Source: Octopus vulgaris (taxonomy: Eukaryota). Taken from it: DNA of 64,000 nucleotides. Shown piece by piece: positions 1-11,585 of this stretch (the first letter of the stretch is position 1; each line of letters opens with the position of its first letter). Under the pieces are notes generated by a model that saw only the letters and a program-made list of their open reading frames with translations, was not told where the DNA came from and searched no databases. The stretch lies in the NCBI GenBank assembly GCA_951406725.2, contig OX597836.1:12152001-12216000 (forward strand), read 5' to 3'. The translations under genes and the position numbers were made by a program.

Positions 1-306
1 TCAATTCTTCTTCTTCTTCTTCTTTTCTTCAATCCTTCTTCTTCAATTCTTCTTCTTCTTCTTCTTTCTTCAATTCTTCTTCAATTCTTCTTCTTTCTTC
101 AATTCTTCTTCTTCTTCTTCTTCTTCTTTTCTTCAATCCTTCTTCTTCAATTCTTCTTCTTCTTCTTCTTCTTCTTCTTCTTTACCTTCTTCAATTCTTC
201 TTCTTCTTTCTTCCATTCTTCTTCACCTTCTTCCATTCTTCTTCACCTTCTTCCATTCTTCTTCACCTTCTTCCATTCTTCTTCAATTCTTCCTCTTCCT
301 CTTCCT
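1..306. repeat. (CTT)n microsatellite with ~21-bp higher-order variant units
   Basis: Direct reading: ttcttc runs with recurring ttcaattc and cttcttccattcttcttcac units. Confidence 0.95.
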
Positions 307-870
307 CAGTCAGCATGTTACACAGGTAACGCAGTCCTTGTCACCCCCTCCCCCTTTTCTTTCCTTTTGCTACCCCCCTTTTCCTTTTCCAAAGCTTGTT
401 TGTCACTACAGCTGTGACAGTGGCAACAGTTAGCGCCATAACAATCTGTGCTGCATTTGTTTGCATCTGCAGGAATGCCCCCTCTCTCCCCACACCTGTC
501 CCCCTGCTCGTCTTCCCCCACTCCCTTCGTCTTCTTCCTAGCCAGAAAATGCCAGAAATCTCCCTTCTTATCTGCCGTGTGCACTTGATATTTACACTGG
601 AGGAAGGAAAAAAAAAAAAAAAAAAAAAATGTTCAGATTGAAATCTGAGAGGAAGCATGAAGGAAAAGAATGAAGGAATGCGCAGAGAAAGAAAGGAAGG
701 AAAGGAAGGAAAAAGGGAAGGAAGAAGAAGAAAGAGCATTGCATGAGCCGGAACTGTGAATATGGTGGCAGTGGTGAGGCTGGTGGGGGGGGGGGCATGG
801 GCGGGGCATGAACAAGCACTAAGAGACGTTGCGAGCTCCAGAAGGAAAGGAAATGAAGAAAAGTAAGCAG

Positions 871-998
871 TATATGTGTGTGTGTGTGTATATGTATGCA
901 TGTATGTATGCATATGTATGTATATGTATATATATATGTGTGTGTGTGTGTATATATGTATGTATATATATGTGTGTGTGTGTGTGTATATATGTATG

Positions 999-1029
<31 letters not shown>

Positions 1030-1525
1030 ATATATGTATATATATATGTGTGTGTGTGTGTGTATATATGTATGTATATATATATGTGTGTGTGTGTGTG
1101 TATATATGTATGTATATATATGTGTATATATGTATGTATATATATGTGTGTATATATATATATGTGTGTGTATATATGTATGTATATATATATGTGTATA
1201 TATGTATGTATATATATATATGTGTGTGTATATATGTATGTATATATATATGTATATATGTATGTGTATATATGTATGTATATATGTATGTGTATATATG
1301 TATGTGTATATATATATATATATATGTGTGTGTGTATATGTATGTATATATATGTATTATATGTATGTGTATATATATATGTGTGTGTATATATGTATGT
1401 ATATATATGTATTATATGTATGTGTATATATGTATGTATATATATATATGTCCCACCCATGCCAGCATTGAAAGCAGCCGTTAAATGATTATGAGGATAT
1501 ATATATATATATATATATATGTGTG
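871..1525. repeat. Compound (TA)n/(TG)n/(TATG)n microsatellite
   Basis: Direct reading; accounts for the YI/VC/HT-rich ORFs in all frames. Confidence 0.95.
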
Positions 1526-2597
1526 TAAAATTTTAACTATATGTGTGAATGTATATTTACAATCGCACACATTTATATACACTCACACATACACACAAAG
1601 ATACATACATATAAGGAACGACTGATGCCATCATGGAATCCGGATATGAAATGATGTTCATATATATATGTGTGTATGTGTATGCATATATACATTTTGT
1701 ATATATATTTATACAGTTATGCATGTATACACACACAGACACATATGTATGTGTGTATATTAAGAGAGATACTTATATACATATATGGAATATGTAATAA
1801 TAAGCCTGTTTTGACAGATAAATACTTGTCTTTTACATTATTTATCATGTTATCTGTTTGTAAATAGTCGAGAAAATAAAAAAAAAATGAAGGGGAGGCA
1901 GGAAAAAAAAACCCAAAATAAAGAACACAAATGTAAGGAAAAAATAACAACGAAATATATATAAAAATTTAAAACAAAAATGATAAAAAAAAAAAAAACT
2001 ATAGGATGTTTTGGAGAACAAGTTCTTTGGCGGGGCTGATAAACATCAGAAACGGATTTCTGTGTGGTCCAAAGAAGGAAGAAGGCTGATATTTTTTTTC
2101 ATTTGTGTATCTCACCAACGAGTACGAGTACGAAGGACCGAGATGCACTACTGATAAAATCCACTTACGATGAAACTTTCAAATCCTACCACAGTGGGAG
2201 GGTGGGCTCTGGCTATTTTGTTTATTGTTGTGCTTGCTTTCCAAGTGGAAGGAAGTAGCTTAAGAATAAGGGGGAAGAAAGAAAAAAAAATAGAAAACGG
2301 AAGAAAACCTCCAGGAAGGGTTAAGGATTGTGGGAAAGAATTTAAATTGCTTGTAAATAACATAAATATTTGGAAGGTGTTTTTTTCTTTTTTATTTAGA
2401 TGAAGGGAGATAGAATATTGGTTGTGGGGCTGGGGCGTTGTTGCTGATAAATTAAGAAAGGGAAAGTGGATTTCTTGTAAACACAGAAATCGCAAGAGGA
2501 TTGCTTTTGGGGTTTTTGTTAGAAACAGTTGTTTTCTGTAAATAGGATTTTAATTTTAGTTTTATTCATAAAGTGGTAAACCTGGCCAGGCCAAGCC

Positions 2598-2760
2598 AGG
2601 CATGGCTGTGTGGTTGAGAAGTTTGCTTTGCAGCCGCATGGTATTAGGTTTGATTTCACTCTATGGCACCTTGAGCGAGAATCTTCTTCTATGGTCCTGG
2701 GCCAACCACTGCCTCGTGATTGAATTTGATACATGGAAACTGAAAGAAGTTCATCATGTG
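2598..2760 (+). mobile_element. SINE family A (tRNA-derived, CORE-like), degenerate 5' half
   Basis: Matches the other in-window copies (ggctgtgtgg...ggcaccttgagc...ggaaactgaaagaag), e.g. 32181-32570. Confidence 0.75.
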
Positions 2761-2834
2761 TGTGTGTAGGGGGTGGTGGGGTATCTAGGTTATCATGTGA
2801 TCACCCAGACCATCGAATGTTGTTATACATCACT

Positions 2835-2982
2835 GAATTAATCAAGCATTGTCTTTTAGAATGACATTATAAGATAGGTGTGAGAGGCTGGGTCTGGCCA
2901 GTTTGAACATAAAACAGGTAGAATATTTTGGTTGGATACGGCCAGTTTGAATGCTAAAAGGTCACGTTTAAATGCTAAAGGA
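2835..2982 (+). mobile_element. piggyBac-like MITE family 1, 3' part
   Basis: tagaatgacatt...gtgtgagaggc...tttgaacataaaacagg...aatgctaaa, shared with 4280, 19216 and 43957. Confidence 0.7.
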
Positions 2983-3682
2983 TCTAGGTGTTTCTTGGAC
3001 TTGTGATGAAAAATATCCTTTTTTCTTTGTTTTTTTTGGGGTTTTTTTGCTATTTTCGTTTGTTTTGTCTTTTTACTTATCGTTCCACCTGGAATCACGC
3101 TTATTTGATTTTTTAATTTTTCTTTTTCTTTTTCTCATTTTAGGTAAGTTTACTGAAAGAGAACCAACCTTTGAACACCTTACTTTATCTGGTAAAAACT
3201 GGTGATGTAGTATTCTGTTATAATTCAAATTTTGAACGGGATCACCTACGCATACATATGCACATGCATGCACACTAACACGTATCACAATGCAAATGCA
3301 CTGTGTGGTGGTAAGTTTTTTTCGTGCTTTTGTATTTTTTTTGTTATAATATATTATATTATTTCTTGGTTTTCTGACCAGAGCTAATTACATACACTGC
3401 TATATGTCGGTACTATATGGGGTACTTTGTCATGTATTCATAAGCAGACTTGTGGTACCTCTGTTGGAATACTAGTCTAATGGCGTTATATACATCTGTG
3501 GGACTTTGCCAAGCAATGTTGAAAACCATACCAGATTTTTTCTTTTTGTTTTTTTGGTAAAAGAAGTGTTAATTATTCATTTATTTGTGCTGTTGTCATT
3601 TGGCCCCAAGTCAGATGACCAACAGCCTTCCAACCATGACCAGCCCTTAGTTTTGTATATCATCATATGATGACTGGAACAG

Positions 3683-3792
3683 CAAAGAATAAGTCCTGGG
3701 GGTCAGTTTCCTTAGCTAAAAATACCCTTTAAGGTGGTGCTCCAGCATGGTCACAGCCAAATGACCGAAACAAGTACAAGAATAAAGGAATA
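3683..3792 (+). mobile_element. SINE family A 3' tail fragment
   Basis: aagaataagtcctgggg...ggtgctccagcatgg...gaaacaagta matches the tail of the full-length copies. Confidence 0.8.
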
Positions 3793-3804
3793 TACATATA
3801 TATA

Positions 3805-3871
<67 letters not shown>

Positions 3872-4279
3872 GTATATTCCTTTATTCTTGTACTTGTGTT
3901 GGTCATATATACTCAATTAAGAGGAGGAAACTAAACTACAACAATGCAGCCAGAGCCACCACCACCAACAACAACAACATTTTGGAATCTTTGGAATTGA
4001 CCAAAAATTACCATCTACACCGAATAACACTTGGGGCCTCTCCCATCCCACCATCATCATCATCACCGACAACACCAACACATTTCTGCACTAAATACAT
4101 CACATACCTTAGATAACGATCTACCCAAAGTTAGAATTTGTACAACCAAGTTATTTACATCTCGACTGTTTTAGATGTGTGCGTGCGTGGTGTGTGTGCA
4201 TGCGTGCGTGTGTGTGTGTGTAAGTGTGTATTTGACTGTGTGCATACCAGACATTTTTTTTGCGATACAAACTGTTTAA

Positions 4280-4778
4280 CCGTTTGGCATTCAGATTATT
4301 CAGCCGAATGTAAATCTTAAAATGGTATTCATACCATTTTAAATTAATCCAGCATTACTTCATGACTTTGAGATTCCGATGATGTGGTTTGTTTGTTTTT
4401 AAAATGACACTGTGTAGGGGTAGCTATGAAAGCCCATACATGACCAGTTTGAAGGTAAAACAGCTAGGATATTTTAGGTGGATACAGCTGGTTGAAACCG
4501 GGGGCTGTGGAATTGAAACAAAGAACTTCAACTTGGGCTCTTCTACTTTCGGTACCTCCGACTCCTCTTCCTGTAATCAAATGATTCTGGTCTCCATATC
4601 TCATAAAGCATATGCATACGCTTGTACTCTGAGTAGGCCTCTATGTTATAATTGGTTTATATTAAAGAGTAAAGACATTGGGAGTCGGAGTCAGTATGGT
4701 TTTACCGACTCCAATTCCAGCTACCCCTTAATTGCTTCCAACTTTGACTCCACAGCCCTGGTTGAAACATTAAGGTGT
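4280..4778 (+). mobile_element. piggyBac-like MITE family 1, interrupted near its 3' end by a hAT MITE
   Basis: Starts TTAA|CCGTTTGGCATTC; body homologous to the 43957 copy. Confidence 0.65.
4499..4760. mobile_element. hAT-type MITE with 8-bp TSD GTTGAAAC
   Basis: Ends CGGGGGCTGTGGA / TCCACAGCCCTG; identical GTTGAAAC at 4491-4498 and 4761-4768; internal ccgactcc/ggagtcgg repeats. Confidence 0.85.
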
Positions 4779-5002
4779 TACGGTTATTCTATAGAGATTT
4801 CAGATTATTAGAAAACTGTTCAAAATAGAAAAGGTTTTAGGTTTGATGTTATTTCCTGATTCTTTAATGTTTGGGTAGATAATCGTTTCATATATATATA
4901 AAGACTTACCTAAGCCCCAATCGTCTGCTTCAGCATAGGTTCTACAACCGGATGCCCTTCCTAATGCCAACCACTTCACAGAGTGTCCCGGGTGCTGTTT
5001 AC

Positions 5003-5177
5003 AAGGCTTCCACATAGTTTTCATCTACCAAGTTCACTCACAAGGCTTTTTTTAGTCTGCCTGGGTGGGTTATAACAGAAAAACGGTTATCCCTCGAGAT
5101 GCTACACAGTGTGATCTGAACCCAGATCCCACATGGTCGCGAAGCCAATTTCTTAACCACACAGCCAAACCTGTGCC
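5003..5177 (-). mobile_element. SINE family A, 5' half
   Basis: Reverse complement of ggcacaggtttggctgtgtgg...; homologous to 30227-30640. Confidence 0.75.
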
Positions 5178-5812
5178 TATGATCTTCAGAAAGTCTACCA
5201 GATTGATTTCTTTTTTCCTCTTCCTCCTCCTCCTCCTCCTCCTTCTTGTGTTCTTCATCTTCTTTTCCTTCGCTGTGACCTCCTTCTGCATTTCATGAAT
5301 TTTTCATAATGGCCAGACACCAAACCTACCCCTTCCCTTCTCTGTCAGTTTTATATAGTGAGTGGCATTACTTGCTTCACTCTCCTCCTCCTCCTACTCC
5401 TCCTTCCAGTATTTATTTGTTTGTTTGTTTCATTTTTGATTTCTACTAAACACCATCTTTTTTTGGTTTTTTGTTGTCTTTTTTCTTTTTTTTTTTTGGT
5501 TTCTTGTTTTTGTCAGATCTTTCTTTAATTCTTTAAGGCTGTAGGTTTTTCTTTTTTTCTTTTTTGTTTGTATTTTTAAGTTCACAGTTTATGTGCAGAG
5601 TTTAAAGACTTTTCTTTTTTTTTCATGTTTGTGTATGTATATATGTATGTATGCATATATGTGTGTATGTATGTATGTATGTATGTGTGTGGGTGTTTTA
5701 TGGGTTATAAGTTTGTGTACCTGTATGTATTCGTGCATGTATGTGTTTACATCTGTGTGTGTGTTAGTGTGAATGTGTGTGTGTATATATATCATCATCA
5801 TTTAATGTCCGT

Positions 5813-5843
<31 letters not shown>

Positions 5844-6071
5844 CCAGTTTTTTTTATGTGTGTGTATTTGTGTGCTTATGTGTGTTTGTTTATGTCTGTT
5901 TGTGTGTATGTGTATATGCATAACTAAATGTCAGTGTGTATGTTTGCGTGTGTATTTATGTATGTGTGTGTCTTTGTGTGTGTACGTGTGTGTTTTTATG
6001 TGTTTACATCTGTATGATGATGTCTATGTTCATACATATACGTTAGTGTATATTTTAATGTGTGTGTTTAT

Positions 6072-6116
<45 letters not shown>

Positions 6117-6461
6117 TTTATGCATATATATATATATATTCACACACACACGCAGCACTAGATTTTTAACTCTTTTGAAGCAGGAAGGGTGAAGCCCACA
6201 ATGTTTCAAGTGTCCTCTGAGACTTCAAATGAGAGGAGAAGAGGAAGGGCAGAACCCACGCCAATTTTTGCAAGCCCTCTGAGGTGGGTGAGAAACAGGA
6301 TTTAGCTAGTTTAGGAAGGGCAAAGCCCATGCTGCTTAAACAGATCTTGCAGCTTGGAAAGTGTGTGAAGCCCACACCATTATATTACTGTTCTGATAAT
6401 GGTGGGAGTTTTTTTAATGGGGGTTCTAATCAGATGAAGACGCATAGCTCAGTGGTTAGAG

Positions 6462-6532
6462 CAGTGTTTCCCAGCCTTTTTACCCTTACGTAACCCTTAA
6501 AATAAATTATATGTCTCAAGGAACCCCTGCAC
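6462..6532 (+). mobile_element. hAT (Charlie-like) MITE left end, directly after a tRNA-SINE A-box fragment (6436-6461)
   Basis: CAGTGTTTCCCAGCC terminus and ggaacccc motif resemble 58359-58577; the preceding gcatagctcagtggttag matches the head at 28730. Confidence 0.5.
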
Positions 6533-6569
6533 AAAAAAAAAAGAAGATTATATACCATATAAGGATTAG

Positions 6570-7430
6570 GATGCCACAGCTGTATTTGAAGGAAACAGGA
6601 TACCCCACAGCTCACACACTAGCAGTACTTCTAGGGATCTATGTACCTAGGAAGCCCCATAGGTTACAGGATAGTAGTACTTGTAGGGGTCAGGAGCCCA
6701 TTTAGCTCACATACTAGCAGTACCTGTAGAGATCAGAGTACCACATAGTTCACATGCTAGCAGTGTTTGTAAGGATTGGAGTACCCCATAGTTCACACAT
6801 TAGTGGTGTTTCAAGGGATCAGGGTAACTTCATAGCTCACACATGAGCAGTGCATTTACAGATCAGTGTATCCCATAACTCACACACTAGCAGCATTTGT
6901 AGGGATTAGGGTACACACACTGGAAATATTTGTAGAAATTAGGGGATTCCTGTAACTCATGCCCCGGCAGTATTTGTAGGAATCAGGTACCCTATAGCTC
7001 ACACACTAGCAATATTTGTAGGCATTAGGGTATCCCTGTACCCTTGGGCATATCTAGGGTAAATGGCACCAAGGACAAGTATCATAATTGCAACCCCCAC
7101 CCACCCAACTGAAAAGCGGAAACACGCATGAAAAAATTAATAACTGTTTTGTTTTTTTAATGGATTAATTAGAAAATGATTTTGGTCAAAATTGCAACCC
7201 CCTCAAAGTGGCGCCCAGGGCATGTGCCCTGCTTGCCCCACCCAAGCTACGCCCCTGCCTGCACCTAATGTACAGGCAGTATTTATAGGGATCAGGTATC
7301 TCATAGATCTGAGACAAACGCTATATTTGGGGACCAGTGTACTCCATCACCCCTTCCCTCCATAGCTTATACACAAGCAGTATTTTACAGATCAGGGGAA
7401 ACCCCCTCGTGGTTCACACACAATCAGCAC
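6570..7430. repeat. Diverged ~43-bp minisatellite (consensus ~agggtaccccatagctcacacactagcagtatttgtagggatc)
   Basis: Equivalent positions at 6703, 6746, 6789, 6833 and 6876 (period 43-44); array resumes after 7265. Confidence 0.85.
7043..7257. mobile_element. hAT-type MITE inserted in the 43-bp minisatellite
   Basis: Right end AGCTACGCCCCTG, decayed left end CTTGGGCATATCT; 8-bp TSD CCTGTACC (7035-7042) / CCTGCACC (7258-7265). Confidence 0.75.
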
Positions 7431-7764
7431 AGTGCTACTACAGTTCTCGGAGTCGGTTGACTTAAATTTCTTGTTTACGAAAAGCAGAGTATTTTATTTT
7501 CAGATATGCTGACAAGTCACTCTACATCTGAGCAAATATGATCCTTCATTTCCTCATTCTGGATTAATTTTTTAGAGGTTAATGTTGTTTTTTAGTTTGT
7601 TTTTTTGTTTTTGTTTTTTTTTTTTTTTCTTTCTTTCTGCTGAGAGCAAAAGGAAATGACACCAACCTGGTTGGTCTTTCTTCCCGATTGTAACTCGTTC
7701 CATTTATAAATTTAGATATTTCTTTTTTTATTTCATTTTGACTCCCACCCCACCCCCGTTACTG

Positions 7765-7956
7765 TACCGGGGTAAAAATGCTTAGCAGCATTTTGTCCGT
7801 CTTTCTTATTTCTGAGTTCAAATTGTACCAAGCTTGACTTTGCCTTTCATCCTTTCAGGGTCGATAAAATAAGTACCAGTTGAACACTGGGGATTGATGT
7901 GACATCCTCTCTCCCTCAAAATTGCTGGCCTTGTGCCAAAATTTGAAACTATTATA

Positions 7957-8001
<45 letters not shown>

Positions 8002-8140
8002 TTCAAAATCTGCAGAGGTCTACTTTGCCTTTCATCCTTTCAGGGTCAATAAAATAAATAGCAGATGAACATTGGGGGTTGGTGTAAGTGTCTTACCCCT
8101 CCCCCAAAAAAATTGCTGGCTTTGTGCCAAAATTTGAAAC
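7765..8140 (+). mobile_element. Two SINE family B fragments, each followed by a (TTA)n tail
   Basis: ctgagttcaaatt...gactttgcctttcatcctttcagggtcgataaaataagtaccag...gtgccaaaatttgaaac occurs twice. Confidence 0.8.
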
Positions 8141-8224
8141 CATTATTATTATTATTATTATTACTATTATTATTATTATTATTATTATCATTATTACTAT
8201 TATTATTATTATTATCATTATTAC

Positions 8225-8272
<48 letters not shown>

Positions 8273-9248
8273 GGCAGCAAGCAGTCAGTATTATTAGCGT
8301 GCCAAACGAAAATGATTAGAAGTGTTCTGTCCATCTTCATATTTTGAATTCTCCATCATGACTACAGCATCTCCCAGCAGGATAAATACTATGAATTGTA
8401 TCTTCCTTCAAAGTGATTCATTCTTTATTTTACCTGCCTCGCAAAGACGAAAGACAAAGTTTGTCCATAGCAGGATTAGAACCCAGAATCTCTAAATGTA
8501 AGAGTGTAGCTATGCAAGGTTAAATTTTTTTTTTTTATTTGCTGTTCCACCAATTCTGTCCAATCCTCCACTGCCCCTAGCAACCAAAACATCTTCCTTT
8601 TTTTTTTGTATTTTTTTTTGTCCTTTTATTGAAGAAGCAACGTTAGCTAATTAATTACATTAGCTCTCATTAAATTACTGGTGATTTTGTTAGGTTTGCA
8701 GGAGCATAAAGCACCAGAGTTGAGCGAAGAATGAAGTGTGTTTTGCTGCCTCTTCTTATTCTGTTGACTATTTCCATTTTCGATGAGAAAGAATGGGTTC
8801 TTTAACTGTTTATTGACAAGGACATTTGCGAAATGGGAGTCTGCTGAGATGACAACGATGATGATAATGTTGTTGATAATAACCGTAATAACAAGAAGAA
8901 GAAGAATAGCGATGATAATGATAAAAAATTAGTTCGAATTATACAACTATAGAAACTGGTTTTATTTCGTTTTTCTGCCTATTTTCAAATTTACCATCTT
9001 TTTTTCTCTCCCTCCTCTTTCTCCTCCTTTCTCTCTCTCCCTCCTCCCCATCTCAAAACCTTAGAAAGAAAAGAGATATTACACAAATGCACACACAGAC
9101 ACACACTCACACACACACACGGCATGTTATTTCTTCATGATGAAAGAATCTGTGTGTGTGTATATAGAGAGCTAGAGATGCGTATTTATGTATAGACATA
9201 GAAAGCTAGAGAGAAAGAAAGAGAGACAGATGTGTGTATACCTGTATA

Positions 9249-9398
9249 TAGTTATATATTAACATATACATATGTATATATACACATCTATGCATATACA
9301 TACATGTATGCATATATATATATATATACACACAGTTATAGTTATATATTAACATATACATATGTATATATACACATCTATACATATACATACATGTA

Positions 9399-9450
<52 letters not shown>

Positions 9451-9530
9451 TATATAGTTATATATTAACATATACGTATATACACATTTATACATATACA
9501 TACATGTATGCATATATATATATATACACA
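9249..9530. repeat. Three tandem copies of a ~90-115 bp low-complexity unit
   Basis: tagttatatattaacatatac...catacatgtatgc at about 9249, 9339 and 9455. Confidence 0.85.
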
Positions 9531-10720
9531 CATGTATGTAATGTATGAATGAGTGTGTGTGTGTGTGTGTGTGTGTGTTAGTGAAAGAAAGCTATTTTGT
9601 TCTCTTTCCTTCCCCCCCCCCCCTGTTTCCTTCTCTTCCTCGGCAAAAGAAAATAATTAAATGAATTATTTGCTTCTTGAAGTATGTTTTGGTGTGAGTT
9701 GATAAAATCTTTAGATTGCATTAGGAGGGGCCCTCAGCAGCAACAGCAGCAGCAGCGAAGTTTCCTTTGCGAGTCGGAACTTCAGTGGAAGAAACTCACT
9801 GGAAAAATAATAATACAATAGCTCATAATTTGATTTATATATAGGAATACGACCAGACAAGGGAACTTGTTCTCATTCACTTTGTATTCTAAACAATTTG
9901 GAATGTGTTGTCATCTTTGATGTCTAAACATATTGTACACACTGTTTTAACACAGCACTAAGATGTAACTTCCATTGGTTTGCATTTCTTCCGTGTTTGC
10001 TGCTAATTTATTAATGTACTGACTGTATTTGTCTGCTGACCTGGAAACCCGTTGCATATACATCTGTGGTAGCCAGTTCCGATTTGTTTATAGCCAAACA
10101 AGGTCGAGGGTGAATTAAATTTAACAGACCAGAATATTTACAGAATGTCAAAATACGGTTTACAGGGAATCGTGACGAACTTGACCTCCGTCGTTTTTAA
10201 GTATTTGTTTCCAATTTGTACTGGAAATGAAAGTGATTCTATCCACCGGTCAGTGAGAATGGTAAATTGAATTACAGAATGTATGTAAATCAGGAAACCG
10301 TAATGAATATGTATAAGCTTAAAAAATTGCTGGCATTTTTACAACTAACAATACAAGTGCAGATCTGTTGAAGAGATGAACAAAGAAAATTGACTCAGTA
10401 AATGTCCTCTGCTGGGAATTAAAAGAAATTAGCTGTAAAAGTTACCGATTCTTTAGGAATAAGATTAACCAGTGGGTCAGAGGTTCATATCTGTGTCCTA
10501 TTATTGTTGTATCACTGTGATTCTGGACAAGGTACTAAATTCTACCTGCACATTTTATCGACTTGCCATCAAACTCTCTAGTGCTGCTGCCGCAATAAAA
10601 TGCACCTGTTAAATTGTGTGAAATGGTTGGCGGGAGAGAAAAGACTGTTTAGTCTTGCTTGGGACAAGGCAACCTCATTGGTGCTGGTGCCTTGAAAGAA
10701 ATCGTAGGTGGATTCTATAA

Positions 10721-11317
10721 GGCGGGGAGCTGATAGTACGTTAGCACACCAGACGAAATGCTTTGCGGTATTTCGTCTGCCACTACGTTCTGAGTTCAAA
10801 TTCCGCCGAGGTCGACTTTGCTTTCATCCTTTCAGGGTTGCTTAAATAAGTACCAGTTATGCACTGGGGTCAGTATAATGAATTTAATCCATTTGTCTGT
10901 CCTTGTTTGTCCTCTCTGTGTTTAGCCCCTTGTGGGTAGTAAAGAAATAGGTATTTCGACTGCTGTTACGTTCTGAGTTCAAATTCTGCTGAAGTCGACT
11001 TTGCCTTTCATCCCTTCGGGGTCAATTAAATAACTACCAGTTACACACTGGGGTCGATATACTCGACTTAATCCGTTTGTCTGTCCTTGTTTGTCCTCTC
11101 TGTGTTTAGCCCCTTGTGGGTAGTAAAGAAATAGGTATTTCGTCTGCTGTTACGTTCTGAGTTCAAATTCTGCTGAAGTCGACTTTGCCTTTCATCCTTT
11201 CGGGGTCGATGAAATAAGTAGCAGTTATGCACTGGAGCCGATGTAATCGACTTAATCCCTTTGTCTGTCCCTATTTGTCCCCTTCATGTTTAGCCCCTTG
11301 TGGGCAATAAAGAAATA
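10721..11317 (+). mobile_element. SINE family B: one head plus three tandem 183-184 bp bodies
   Basis: Head ggcggggagctga...ttagc; B-box-like gagttcaaattcc; units restart at GGTATTTCG at 10767, 10950 and 11134. Confidence 0.92.
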
Positions 11318-11491
11318 GGGTGGATTCTCTTGACCGTGGCTGGTAGAGAAAACGGTCAACAGCTGTTCAACATAGGATCTAGAAAATTAAAAAAAGAAAA
11401 ACATGAAACTACTTCATTCTTATGGAATGTATCCAGGGACTGTAAGAAAAGAGATTTAAATATGTCACTCAGATATAATTTTCACATGTAA

Positions 11492-11585
11492 CACTGCTTG
11501 GTTGTGTGGTCAAGAAGCTTGTTTCCCAACCTTGTAGTTACGGGTTCAGTCCCACTGTGCAGTACTTTTTGACATGTGTTTTCTA
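11492..11585 (+). mobile_element. SINE family A 5' fragment ending at a mariner-type MITE
   Basis: ggttgtgtggtcaagaagcttg...gggttcagtcccactg. Confidence 0.7.

Noticed and set aside
819-1488. Overlapping ~200-aa YI/VC/HT ORFs (also at 24.3-25.2, 48.3-49.0 and 62.4-63.2 kb)
   Set aside because: Dinucleotide repeats lack stop codons in most frames.
6183-6375. CRISPR-like repeat-spacer appearance
   Set aside because: Repeats are short (~17 bp) and degenerate, spacers are irregular, there are no cas genes and the context is eukaryotic.
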